32,000 bases of DNA from Cenarchaeum sp. (GTDB lineage Archaea > Thermoproteota > Nitrososphaeria > Nitrososphaerales > Nitrosopumilaceae), in the NCBI GenBank assembly GCA_963692915.1, contig OY843584.1, forward strand, positions 1,248,000-1,279,999, read 5' to 3'. The position numbers and the translations under genes are program-made. The notes beneath the pieces were generated by a model. It had not been told where the DNA came from. It ran no database searches and worked only from the letters and a program-made list of their open reading frames with translations. Positions within the stretch are counted from its first letter, which is position 1. Each line of letters begins with the position of its first letter. Positions 1-9,161 of the stretch are shown here, piece after piece.

Positions 1-849
1 GTTCGCATGATCCCGTGCGGCTTTGTCAACAGGGAGACGCGCCTCGGGATAGGTCCCGGCGTGGTAGTCGACCCCGACGTCCTCCTGCGCGAGGTTCGCG
101 AGTTTGGCGCCGAGGGCAGGGTCGTCGTGGACTCGCGATGCGGTGTGATCGACGCGTCGCACCGCGAGGCCGACGCCGGAGGCCACCTGGCCGGCAAGAT
201 AGGCAGCACGGGGTCAGGAACCGGACCGGCCAACGCCGAGCGCGCAATGCGCACGCTTCGACTGGCGCGCGACGAGCCCCGCCTAGAGGGCATCACCGGC
301 GATGTTCCCCTGGAGCTCAACTCGGCGCTAGATGAGGGCAGAGACGTCCTCGTCGAGGGCACGCAGGGGACGTTTCTCTCGCTCTGGCACGGGACATACC
401 CCTTTGTCACCTCAAAGGACGTCACGGCTGCCGGCATATGCGCCGACGTCGGACTCGGGCCAAAACGCGTGGATGAGGTCATCGTCGCCTTCAAGGCGTA
501 CGTCACGCGTGTCGGATCCGGACCCCTCGAGGGCGAGCTTGGGGCCGAGGAGGCAAAGTCGCGCGGTTGGGCCGAGTTTGGCGCAGTCACGGGCAGGCCA
601 CGCAGGGCCGCCGAGTTTGACCATGCGCTAGCCAGGCGTGCAGTCATGCTCAACGGCGCCACGCAGCTTGCCATCACAAAGCTCGACGTCGTCTTTCCCG
701 AGTGCGCAGGCGTGAGCTCGTGGGATGGCCTCGCGCCCGAGGCGCGCGCATTCGTCGAGGGAATCGAGTCCTCCCTAGGCGTGCGCGTCACGCTCATGGG
801 CACGGGTCCGGGCGCAGGCGATATCGTGGATCGTAGGGCTCACGCCTGA
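1..849 (+). CDS. purA: Adenylosuccinate synthetase, C-terminal part (start lies upstream of window)
   Basis: Frame is open from base 1 (VRMIPCGFVN...). PurA-like segments GTQGTFLSLWHGTYPFVTSKDVTAAGICADVGLGPKRVDEVIVAFKAYVTRVGSGPL. Confidence 0.93.
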   Translation, partial: VRMIPCGFVNRETRLGIGPGVVVDPDVLLREVREFGAEGRVVVDSRCGVIDASHREADAGGHLAGKIGSTGSGTGPANAERAMRTLRLARDEPRLEGITGDVPLELNSALDEGRDVLVEGTQGTFLSLWHGTYPFVTSKDVTAAGICADVGLGPKRVDEVIVAFKAYVTRVGSGPLEGELGAEEAKSRGWAEFGAVTGRPRRAAEFDHALARRAVMLNGATQLAITKLDVVFPECAGVSSWDGLAPEARAFVEGIESSLGVRVTLMGTGPGAGDIVDRRAHA

Positions 850-889
850 CAGGGTAGGTTTAATTTGTCGCAATCTGCCATGCGCACGC

Positions 890-1573
890 ATGGCCACAAC
901 GGCGAATGAGACGGACACAAAGCCACGCTATATCGAGGTTAGCTCACATCTCGAGTTCTCACGCATGGTCTGCGCGCTAGAGCGCGTGCCGCGAACCGTC
1001 TTTATGCACGAGCATGACGGCGCACAGGTTCTCTCTGTCCAGATGGACATACTCAACGAAAAACCCGTCATATACTATGTGCAGGCCGACAGAGGCGGCC
1101 AGTACATCTCGTACGGCATACGCGGCAACCGTGAAGAGTCGACCATGACGGACTCGGTCAGCGAGACTGGACGCATCTACTCGCCCATAGTCGGCATAAA
1201 GTCGCTCCCAAACAACCTTCGCGCAGGCAATGGGACTGCAGACAAGTACTTTCCGCTCGAGCTAGACGACCTGTCTAGCCTCGCAAAGCTGAGCTATGGC
1301 TTTGAGGACACGCCGTTTCCGCTCTTTGCGTTTCCGGCCAACGGCAAATGGCTAGTCGGCGTGTTCATGAACTTTAACGAGGACGGCCCATCGTACTTTT
1401 GCCATGTGGCCATGGACTCCGAGCCGGCAAAGCCATTCCTAAAGTACGCGACGTCCAACGGTTCAAAGCCCGAGCTCGTCGATGCGCCAAGTGACCACGG
1501 CTACTCGTACATCAAGATAATACGCCTAAAGGACACACACCCGCTAGTTGACTATGCGCAGCTTCAAAACTAG
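890..1573 (+). CDS. Hypothetical protein, probably conserved in Thaumarchaeota
   Basis: 227-aa ORF, TTTAAT element about 28 nt upstream of the ATG, compact placement before pyrF. No recognised domain. Confidence 0.75.
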   Translation: MATTANETDTKPRYIEVSSHLEFSRMVCALERVPRTVFMHEHDGAQVLSVQMDILNEKPVIYYVQADRGGQYISYGIRGNREESTMTDSVSETGRIYSPIVGIKSLPNNLRAGNGTADKYFPLELDDLSSLAKLSYGFEDTPFPLFAFPANGKWLVGVFMNFNEDGPSYFCHVAMDSEPAKPFLKYATSNGSKPELVDAPSDHGYSYIKIIRLKDTHPLVDYAQLQN

Positions 1574-1574
1574 G

Positions 1575-2285
1575 ATGCGCGAGGCCGCGCGCGCAGCCGG
1601 TCCCCTTGTCCTTGCAGCAGATATCGTCGGTTCGCCCTCGCGAACCGTTGCGCGCATACAGGCCGCAACAAGACGCGTCGAGGGCAGCGCGTGTGCGATA
1701 AAGCTAAACATGCACGCGCTCCTCCCGCTAGGTGCAGCCGATGTTCGCGACATTGCGCGAACGGCTCACTCGCTAGGCATGCAGGCAATAGCAGACATAA
1801 AGCTCAACGACATTCCGGCTACAAACGAGGCTGCAGCATCGGCCCTCTGGTCAATGGGCATCGACGCGCTGATCGCAAATCCGGTCATGGGTCCGGCGAG
1901 CCTCGCGGCCCTTGCACGCGCGGCGCGGCGAGGGGGGCATGGCGTCATTGCGCTGGGTCACATGAGCGCGCCGGAGGCGCGCGCGACGTACGAGGCACGC
2001 ATCTCGCCTTCGCGACGCCTGTATCACGACTTTGTGCGTAGCGCCGCGCGCGCAGGCGTCGACGGGATCGTCGTTGGCGCGACATATCCGCGGATAATAT
2101 CCGAGTGTGCGCGAATTGCGCGCGGCGTGCCGATATACTCTCCGGGCATCGGAGCCCAGGGCGGCAGCGCGCAGCGTGCGGCATCGGCCGGTACAGACTA
2201 TTTCATCGTGGGTCGCTCAATCCTGCAAGCGCGTGACGCGCGAGCCGAGGCCGCGCGCGTCTGCGCCCTCGTCAGCGCAGAGTAG
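1575..2285 (+). CDS. pyrF: Orotidine 5'-phosphate decarboxylase
   Basis: PLVLAADIVG...IKLNMHALLP...AIADIKLNDIPATNEAA...GIVVGATYPRI...SPGIGAQGG...DYFIVGRSI motifs. Start chosen just after the upstream stop; the track start is 1548. Confidence 0.9.
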   Translation: MREAARAAGPLVLAADIVGSPSRTVARIQAATRRVEGSACAIKLNMHALLPLGAADVRDIARTAHSLGMQAIADIKLNDIPATNEAAASALWSMGIDALIANPVMGPASLAALARAARRGGHGVIALGHMSAPEARATYEARISPSRRLYHDFVRSAARAGVDGIVVGATYPRIISECARIARGVPIYSPGIGAQGGSAQRAASAGTDYFIVGRSILQARDARAEAARVCALVSAE

Positions 2286-2687
2286 GCGGTTTGCAGCCTC
2301 AAGGACACCGCGCGCATTCTCGTACGTGAGCGTATCCATCGCCTGCCCGTACTCTTCCCACGCGTGCGCCCTGTGCTCGTGTGAGAGGCGCACGCTCGAG
2401 GTGTTCGTGCGCGCAAGAAAGAACGAGACCCTCTTGCGTATAAAAACACCTTCGTGCATAAAGTTGTAGCGTATATCTTTTTGAAACCCCTCGACGAACT
2501 CGATATCTGATATTCCCGTCTCCTCGAGCGTCTCGCGCACGACGGTCTGACGATCGTCCTCACCGGCCTCAATCTTGCCCTTGACAAAGTCCCAGTGGTT
2601 TGTGGGATACAGGAGGAGCAAAAAGCGGCGCGCATCGCCATCCCCCGTGAATATGACTGCGCCTGCGGATCTCTGCGTTACTGCCAT
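2217..2687 (-). CDS. NUDIX hydrolase, bis(5'-nucleosyl)-tetraphosphatase-like
   Basis: NUDIX box-like GKIEAGEDDRQTVVRETLEETGI. Confidence 0.88.
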   Translation of the reverse strand: MAVTQRSAGAVIFTGDGDARRFLLLLYPTNHWDFVKGKIEAGEDDRQTVVRETLEETGISDIEFVEGFQKDIRYNFMHEGVFIRKRVSFFLARTNTSSVRLSHEHRAHAWEEYGQAMDTLTYENARGVLEAANRLLCADEGADARGLGSRVTRLQD

Positions 2688-2690
2688 TGC

Positions 2691-3479
2691 CTATCTCCCC
2701 CCTCGACGCTCACGGCTCTGGAATGTCCGTATCGCTCGCATCAGGTCTATCTTGCGAAACTCGGGCCAGAGTATGTCCATAAAGACTAGCTCGCTGTATG
2801 CGCTCTGCCATAGGAGAAAGCCGCTAAGCCTGCGCTCACCGGACGTGCGAAGGACGAGATCAGGTGCTGACTGCGGGAGGTGCGACGTGTAAAGGTTGGA
2901 CTCGATAACAGACTTGTCGATCGACGACGCATCAACGCTTCCGTCATCCACCCCGCGCGCTATCTTTTTGACCGCATCGACGAGCTCGTCCTGGCCGCCG
3001 TATGCCAGCGCAATGTTGAGAAAGCGCCGATCGTATCCACGTGTGGCCTTTTCGAGCTTGTCGAGTGTGCGCGTGATCGACTCGGGCAGGAGGTCAAGCC
3101 TGCCCATTCCCGTGACGCGCATGCGGCGTCGGTGAAGGCGCGAGTCGCCAAGGAGCTTTTCTAGACGAGCGCCGATCAGCGTAAAGAGCTCGTCGACCTC
3201 CGAGTCGCCGCGGTCGAGGTTCTCGACTGAGAGCGCATAGAGCGTGATTATGCGGATGCCGAGCTCCTCGCACCAGTCAAGGAGGCGCTCGACGGCGTCT
3301 GCACCCATGCCGTGCGCATCGCCAGTGTGCGCATTTTTTTCCTTGGCCCACCGCCTGTTGCCGTCAAGTATGAGCGCAATGTGGCCGGGCATCGGCCTTT
3401 GGCTAATCTCGCGCTCGAGCCGCCGCGCGTAGAGGCCGTACAGGCCTCCTGCCCGCAGGAGCACATCCCTTAATGTCAA
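2691..3479 (-). CDS. uppS: cis-prenyltransferase / polyprenyl (undecaprenyl) diphosphate synthase
   Basis: GHIALILDGNRRWAKEKN, YALSVENLDR, DLVLRTSGERRLSGFLLWQSAYSELVF. TTG start, or possibly GTG slightly downstream. Confidence 0.92.
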   Translation of the reverse strand: MTLRDVLLRAGGLYGLYARRLEREISQRPMPGHIALILDGNRRWAKEKNAHTGDAHGMGADAVERLLDWCEELGIRIITLYALSVENLDRGDSEVDELFTLIGARLEKLLGDSRLHRRRMRVTGMGRLDLLPESITRTLDKLEKATRGYDRRFLNIALAYGGQDELVDAVKKIARGVDDGSVDASSIDKSVIESNLYTSHLPQSAPDLVLRTSGERRLSGFLLWQSAYSELVFMDILWPEFRKIDLMRAIRTFQSRERRGGR

Positions 3480-3766
3480 CGCGTGCGCGTATGGACGGCA
3501 GTATTATGTGCCTTTGCGGTGACTGGTGGACGCTCATAAAGCCGATAGTGCGCCCTAGAAGGGCATGGGCGCCTCTGGCATGCCCAGGGCATGGATTCCA
3601 GGAATGGTGGACTGCCGATGTGTTTGTCCGGATGACAAAGCCCCATGTTCAGGACGCCGGAGCCACACATGCGCCTAGGCAGCTATTGTAATATTAGAGG
3701 CAATGCGCGGGCTGTCCAATGACAGCAGCAAGCATGCAAGAGGCACGTCAGCAAGAGTTGTCAGAC

Positions 3767-4546
3767 ATGAAAAGGCCGATTGAGACGAATAGCATTTATC
3801 ACGGCGACTGCATGGATGTAATGAAGGCCATTCCCGATGAGACAATAGGCACAATAGTCACATCACCCCCATACAACATCAAAAATTCCACAGGGAACGG
3901 GCTAAAAAATTCGAACGGCGGCAAGTGGCCCAATGCCGCACTTCAGAACGGGTATGTGGAGCACAATGACTCGATGTCACACCAGGAATACGTGGGATGG
4001 CAGCGTGAATGCATTTCCGAGATGATGCGCGTTTTAAAGCAGGACGGGGTGATCTTTTACAACCACAAGTGGCGCGTGCAAAATGGAATAATGCAGGGTC
4101 GAGAGGAGATCATAAGGGATTTTCCAGTCAGGCAGATAATAATTTGGCAGAGAGATGGAGGAATAAACTTCAATCCCGGGTATTTTTTGCCCACGTATGA
4201 GGTGATCTATATGATCACAAAACCAAAATTCAAGCTAGTACCCAAGGCAAACAAGATTGGAGACGTGTGGAGAATATCCCAAGAGAGGAACAATCCCCAC
4301 CCGGCTCCATTTCCCGTACAGCTGGCGAAAAATTGCATACTTGCCACGGACAATGGGATCGTGATGGATCCATTTTTGGGATCAGGGACGACAGCTATTG
4401 CGGCAAAGACATGTGATCGCGAGTGGATCGGAATTGAGCAATCAAGAGAGTATTGCACGCTAGCAAAACGGAGAATTGGAGAAACATCAACCATAAAACA
4501 AGCATCGTCCAAAGAAATCAACATAATCACGTTGGGAGAAGGTTAA
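3767..4546 (+). CDS. Site-specific DNA methyltransferase (N6-adenine/N4-cytosine, beta-class motif order)
   Basis: TSPPYNIKNS (motif IV) precedes DPFLGSGTTAIAA (motif I). Start MKRPIETNSIYHGD preferred over track start 3719. Confidence 0.9.
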   Translation: MKRPIETNSIYHGDCMDVMKAIPDETIGTIVTSPPYNIKNSTGNGLKNSNGGKWPNAALQNGYVEHNDSMSHQEYVGWQRECISEMMRVLKQDGVIFYNHKWRVQNGIMQGREEIIRDFPVRQIIIWQRDGGINFNPGYFLPTYEVIYMITKPKFKLVPKANKIGDVWRISQERNNPHPAPFPVQLAKNCILATDNGIVMDPFLGSGTTAIAAKTCDREWIGIEQSREYCTLAKRRIGETSTIKQASSKEINIITLGEG

Positions 4547-4695
4547 GGCGCGGAGCGAATGGGATGCATATTGGTCAGTGCAAGAGCCCGTATCACATAA
4601 CCCGGTAGGCCATGTTCATAGATCTCTCGATCCCGTCGAACAGCCGTGATGCCCCGGTCAGAAGCAGGATGCGCCCGCGTACGCTAGGCGCCGCA

Positions 4696-5841
4696 CTATG
4701 TGCTCTCAACGGTGGTCTCGGCGCCGTCGTCGTGCTGCCTTTTGTAGCGCCTAAAGAGCACAAAGGCCGCAGCTAGCGTGACGCCTAGGCCGGCTAGGAG
4801 CGGGGGGACGAGCGTAAACTCGCTCTCGCCGTTGGCAAGTATGCTCGTAAACTGGGCTAGCGTCGGATAGATCGCGGCGAGGGCGATGATCCGCAAGATG
4901 TCGCCGATCTCGCGGCGCGCGCCAGCAAAGAGGTGGCTGAGCATCATGCCTCCCAGCATGACGCCGATCCCTATCCAGAGTATCGGCAGAGCGCCGGCCA
5001 TGAACTGCCCTGCTGAGACGCGATCCACGATAATGCTGCCAAGCTCGGCACCCTCGACAGGGTCCACAGTCGATATGCCCGCCGGAATCGAGGCGATCAT
5101 CAGGACTATGCCGGTGACCATCGTGAAGAGGCGCACGAGTGCTGCGGGTTCGGGTTTTGTCCAGTTGATCCACGCCTTGTCTATGTCAAACGCGCGCGTT
5201 ATTAGCGCGCCGGCGAGTATGATGACGAGAACCGAGACTATCTCCGTGGCGTATCCGAGAACAGTCGCGATGCCCCCTATGAGGAGGAGCACGCCGGGCA
5301 CGCCAAGAAAGAACTTTGAGTAGCGCGCATCATACATTACCATCTTTAGGTACTTGCCAAACACTGCATACGAGTGCTCGATCGTGTGGCTCACCTTCAT
5401 CACGACGCGCTGCACGGACACCACGGGCACGAGGTTCTGTATTACGGGAATGACGGCCTCGTCGTCTTCCCCGTCAGAGACGATTACGGCTCCCGTTGCC
5501 GAGAACTTTTCTAGAACGGCGCGAGTCTCGGCGACTATCTTTTCATCAGCACGCAGACCGCGCCGGCTCTCGCCGGCAATGACTGTGACCTCGGCACTGT
5601 ACCCGCGGCTCACGAGATCCTCGTATGACTTTATCGCTGAAAAGATCGCATTAGAGTCAGCATCCTCGGGATCCTCAAGCGCAAGGCGCTGTGCGGCCTC
5701 TAGGCACGCGTCACGGCCTACGACGGGCGTTTCGATTCCGGCCTTGTCGCCAATGTCATTGTCACGATCAACGCATATGACTAGTATCCTGCTCGACTCC
5801 GAGGCGCCCATCTTGCGCATCTTGTCCATCTCCTGTGTCAT
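4696..5841 (-). CDS. DUF373 family multipass membrane protein
   Basis: ILVICVDRDNDIGDKAGIETPVVGRDACLEAAQRLALEDPEDADSNAIFSAIK plus several predicted TM helices. Confidence 0.88.
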   Translation of the reverse strand: MTQEMDKMRKMGASESSRILVICVDRDNDIGDKAGIETPVVGRDACLEAAQRLALEDPEDADSNAIFSAIKSYEDLVSRGYSAEVTVIAGESRRGLRADEKIVAETRAVLEKFSATGAVIVSDGEDDEAVIPVIQNLVPVVSVQRVVMKVSHTIEHSYAVFGKYLKMVMYDARYSKFFLGVPGVLLLIGGIATVLGYATEIVSVLVIILAGALITRAFDIDKAWINWTKPEPAALVRLFTMVTGIVLMIASIPAGISTVDPVEGAELGSIIVDRVSAGQFMAGALPILWIGIGVMLGGMMLSHLFAGARREIGDILRIIALAAIYPTLAQFTSILANGESEFTLVPPLLAGLGVTLAAAFVLFRRYKRQHDDGAETTVEST

Positions 5842-5913
5842 GCCAGGCCATTGATCCTATCGCCTTATAATAATTCGCACCCGTTACCGTGTAGGACACG
5901 TGGTTTTTGGGCT

Positions 5914-6405
5914 CTATGGGCGGGCACGAATCGACTCGTCGGCCATTGCCTCCGAGGCTCGCAGCGCGTCCTCGAGGCGCTGCGTGTCAGGGGCCACTTC
6001 GCCAGACTCGACTAGCTTTGCGATTACGATCGACTCGGCAATGTACGAGTCGAGCGCGCGCAGCGACTCGACGGCTGCGCCATAGCTGGTGTGCCACTCT
6101 TCGGGCGGATCGGCACGCAGGAGACCGGCGACTTGCGACTTTGCGATGACGGCAGACTCGCGCGCATGCTCGGCATACTCGTCTGCCCCGATCGTGCCGG
6201 CCATGACATCATCGAGGAGCTCCGAGACTCCGGCGGCGAGGGCCACACGACGATCGTCTATGCCGTCAAGGTTTGCGGTATGGTCGGATATGACGACGGT
6301 CCCGCCGGGAACCCCCTGCGGGACAAGCCATATCGCAAAGGACGCCGCCGTCACAAGTACGAGCATTCCGGCCGTCACGGCGAGTCCCCTTTTTGAGGCC
6401 ATCAT
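5914..6405 (-). CDS. Hypothetical protein with N-terminal membrane anchor/signal segment
   Basis: 163-aa ORF; N-term LAVTAGMLVLVTAASFAIWLVPQG. Confidence 0.65.
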   Translation of the reverse strand: MMASKRGLAVTAGMLVLVTAASFAIWLVPQGVPGGTVVISDHTANLDGIDDRRVALAAGVSELLDDVMAGTIGADEYAEHARESAVIAKSQVAGLLRADPPEEWHTSYGAAVESLRALDSYIAESIVIAKLVESGEVAPDTQRLEDALRASEAMADESIRARP

Positions 6406-6545
6406 GGCCGGTTCTAGAGCAGAAGCTTATAACTGATCGCCGGGATTGGCTTGATTCGAGCCTATGCGCGATCACGCCTCTAGCACGTAGTTAAATAATC
6501 TTAACACATTCTTTCTAAATATCACCATGCGGACGTTTTGCTGCA

Positions 6546-6689
6546 ATGGCACAGGCATACTGCGTAAAGTGCAGAGAGAAGCGGGAGATAAAGAACCCCA
6601 AAGAGACCAAGCTAAAGAACGGAAGGCCAGCAGTCAAGGGCACATGCCCGACTTGCGGAACCAACGTCTTTCGCATAGGCAAGCCCTAG
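6546..6689 (+). CDS. Small zinc-ribbon protein (DUF5679-like), absent from the ORF track
   Basis: Manual translation MAQAYCVKCREKREIKNPKETKLKNGRPAVKGTCPTCGTNVFRIGKP*. Two CxxC pairs and an AT-rich upstream region. Confidence 0.85.
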   Translation: MAQAYCVKCREKREIKNPKETKLKNGRPAVKGTCPTCGTNVFRIGKP

Positions 6690-6755
6690 TGAGACGTCCA
6701 ATACGCTCGCGCAAGGCACAATCCAATTATAGGGAGTCCTGCGCGCGCGCCGTCG

Positions 6756-7178
6756 ATGGCAAGGGACGACTATGTTGCGCTGCTCGATCGCATACGCGAC
6801 GGCCTCTCCGATGAGGCACGGCAGGAGGCCGCACGCCTCGAGCTGCCCCCCGTGGATGTCATGTGGGAGGGCCAAAAGACGTTCCTGCGCAACTTTGCCG
6901 ATTTCCCCAAGGTCCTGAGGCGCGAGCCCGAAAAGATACTCCAGTACCTCGCAAAGGAATTCGCCGTGCCGGCCGAGAGGATGGGCGAGAAGGCCATGTT
7001 TGTGGGCAAGCGTGACCCTGACGATTTCACGCGCCTCTTCAAGATATACCTGCAAGAGTATGTCGTGTGCCCCACGTGCAGCAGCCCGGACACGCGCGTG
7101 ACAAAGGAGAACAGGATATCGTTTCTCGTCTGCGAGGCATGCGGCGCAAAGTCCACGTTAAAGGGCAAGTACGCATGA
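6756..7178 (+). CDS. eif2b: Translation initiation factor aIF-2 subunit beta
   Basis: KTFLRNFADFPKVLRREPEKILQYLAKEF...VVCPTCSSPDTRVTKENRISFLVCEACGAKSTLKG. Confidence 0.93.
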   Translation: MARDDYVALLDRIRDGLSDEARQEAARLELPPVDVMWEGQKTFLRNFADFPKVLRREPEKILQYLAKEFAVPAERMGEKAMFVGKRDPDDFTRLFKIYLQEYVVCPTCSSPDTRVTKENRISFLVCEACGAKSTLKGKYA

Positions 7179-7471
7179 GTTCCTTCTCCGTAAAGACCGG
7201 CGGGCACGAGGGAAACGCCATCCTCAACATCTGTGATGATGACCTCCTCGGCAGGAGCATAACTGACGGGGCGCGAACCATAGAGATCGGCGGGTACTAT
7301 CGTGACAGGCTCGTCGACCGCGAGGAGGCCGCGAGGCTCCTCGTCGAGTCGCAGATAATCAACATGGTCGGCGAGCGGACCGTCAGGCTCGCCCTCGAGC
7401 TCGAGGTTGGCGCCGAGGACGGGATCAGGAGGATAGACGGCGTGCCGTTTCTGCTCGTCTTCAAAATATGA
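7175..7471 (+). CDS. DUF424 family protein
   Basis: MSSFSVKTGGHEGNAILNICDDDLLG...; ATGA overlap with the upstream stop. The track ORF starts too far upstream. Confidence 0.82.
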   Translation: MSSFSVKTGGHEGNAILNICDDDLLGRSITDGARTIEIGGYYRDRLVDREEAARLLVESQIINMVGERTVRLALELEVGAEDGIRRIDGVPFLLVFKI

Positions 7472-7510
7472 GGCACACAGATATATACAAAATCCTATGG
7501 GGCCGATCCC

Positions 7511-7822
7511 ATGGGAAAGCGAAAGGTTCTCAACGAGAGTGCGCTAAAAGAGGTTCGGCTTCCGCAGGAGGGCGAGCTCCTAGGGCGCGTCATAAAGCTC
7601 CTGGGAAGTGACCAGGTTCTCGTAAAGTGCATGGACGGCATAACGAGAAGGGGACGCATACGCGGCAAGCTAAAGCGCCGCATATGGATACGCGACAATG
7701 ACATTGTCATAATTGCGCCGTGGGATTTCAAGGCGGACGAGCGCGGGGACATTGTGTGGAGATTTACGCTGCCGCAGGTTGACGGCCTCAAGAACAGCGG
7801 CCACCTGCCAAGGGACTTTTGA
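7511..7822 (+). CDS. eif1a: Translation initiation factor aIF-1A
   Basis: S1-like fold signature GRVIKLLGSDQVLVKCMDGITRRGRIRGKLKRRIWIRDNDIVIIAPWDF. Confidence 0.95.
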   Translation: MGKRKVLNESALKEVRLPQEGELLGRVIKLLGSDQVLVKCMDGITRRGRIRGKLKRRIWIRDNDIVIIAPWDFKADERGDIVWRFTLPQVDGLKNSGHLPRDF

Positions 7823-8601
7823 GTGACGTCGATGACACAACTGATGCGCTAGAGAGGCGCCTTGAGGGCATGCTTACGCCGCGGCAGGCACCGCGCGGCG
7901 AGGGCGGGTTCAAGGGACGAAAGGTCATTGGCGAGGTCTTTGACCGCTCGACGGTTCATGCGATATACGCGATGATCCGCGAGGGCACACTCTTGCGCGT
8001 CAACGGCACGGTCAGCGCCGGAAAGGAGTCAGTCGTGTTCTGGGCGACTGGCGGTGACGGCAGTGACGTTGCGCTAAAGGTCTACCTCGTGGCGACTGCG
8101 GGGTTTCGCCGGCGCGCCGCCTACGTCGATGGAGATCCGCGATTTGGGCGCGTGCGCGGCGGCACGCGCGCGATGGTCTACGCGTGGGCTCAAAAGGAGT
8201 TCAAGAATTTGTGTCGCGCGCGTGCGCGCGGAATTCGCGTTCCCTCTCCCATAGCGGTCAGCAAGAATGTCATGGCCATGGCATTTGTCGGCGAGGGCGG
8301 CGTGCCGGCCCGCACGCTCAACGCGGTTCGCGCGGGTCGTGCCGAGTACGAGGAGACAGTCAGGATCATCGAGTCGATGTGGCGCGATGCGGCCCTCGTC
8401 CATGGCGACCTCTCCGGATACAACCTCTTTGGCACGAGCGAGGGCGTCATCGTCTTTGACCTCGGCTCGGCAGTCGACACGCGCCATCCGCGCGCGCTCG
8501 AGTTCCTCAAAAGAGATATTAACAATGTCACAAGCCTTTTTGTGAGGCACGGCCTAGAGGTCGAGAACCCCGCAGACGTGCTAGGAAGGATAACGCGATG
8601 A
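7819..8601 (+). CDS. rio1: Rio1-type serine protein kinase
   Basis: GTVSAGKESVVFWA, EFKNLCRARARGIRVPSPI, LVHGDLSGYNLF, VFDLGSAVDTRHP. Confidence 0.93.
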   Translation: MSDVDDTTDALERRLEGMLTPRQAPRGEGGFKGRKVIGEVFDRSTVHAIYAMIREGTLLRVNGTVSAGKESVVFWATGGDGSDVALKVYLVATAGFRRRAAYVDGDPRFGRVRGGTRAMVYAWAQKEFKNLCRARARGIRVPSPIAVSKNVMAMAFVGEGGVPARTLNAVRAGRAEYEETVRIIESMWRDAALVHGDLSGYNLFGTSEGVIVFDLGSAVDTRHPRALEFLKRDINNVTSLFVRHGLEVENPADVLGRITR

Positions 8602-9161
8602 GCTTTGAGAGGAGAGTAAGGATACCAGCAGCGCGGATCGGCTCACTAGTGGGTCGCTCTGGGAGCGCAAAGGCTAGCATCGAGAGCAGGTGCGGCGTGA
8701 GTGTCGAGATCGACGGCGATTCTGGCGAGGTCGTCATCCGTGGCAGCCTGACTGACGAAAAGTCCGATCCGTTTGGCGCATCAGAGATCGTCACGGCCGT
8801 CGGGAGGGGCTTTTCGGCCGAGGCGGCCATGCCCATAGCGAGCGGCCACTCCCTCCACGTCATGGACCTCAGAGACGTTGCGGGCAAGTCGCGCTCGCAG
8901 ATTGAAAGGATTAAAGGCAGAATAATTGGCGAGCGCGGCAGGGCGCGCAGAAATATGGAGGAGCTTAGCGGAACGCGAATATCCGTATACGGCAGGACAG
9001 TCTCGGTCATCGGCCCACCGGAGGGCATCAGGGAGGCAGTCGCTGCGATCGGCGCGCTCTGCTCGGGCAGCATGCACGCCTCAGTCTATCGCCGTCTAGA
9101 GGCCTCGCGCAGGCGCCAGAGGGCCGAGAAGGCGATACTGTGGGAAGATCAGCATGTCTAG
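8598..9161 (+). CDS. KH-domain RNA-binding protein (Krr1/Pno1/Dim2-like)
   Basis: Two KH-like repeats (IPAARIGSLVGRSGSAKASIES; KSRSQIERIKGRIIGERGRARRNMEELSGTRISVYG), placed after rio1. Confidence 0.88.
   Translation: MSFERRVRIPAARIGSLVGRSGSAKASIESRCGVSVEIDGDSGEVVIRGSLTDEKSDPFGASEIVTAVGRGFSAEAAMPIASGHSLHVMDLRDVAGKSRSQIERIKGRIIGERGRARRNMEELSGTRISVYGRTVSVIGPPEGIREAVAAIGALCSGSMHASVYRRLEASRRRQRAEKAILWEDQHV

Noticed and set aside
3473-3691. 72-aa plus-strand ORF before the first methyltransferase
   Set aside because: No recognisable motif or promoter, and it overlaps the 5' end of uppS; insufficient support.
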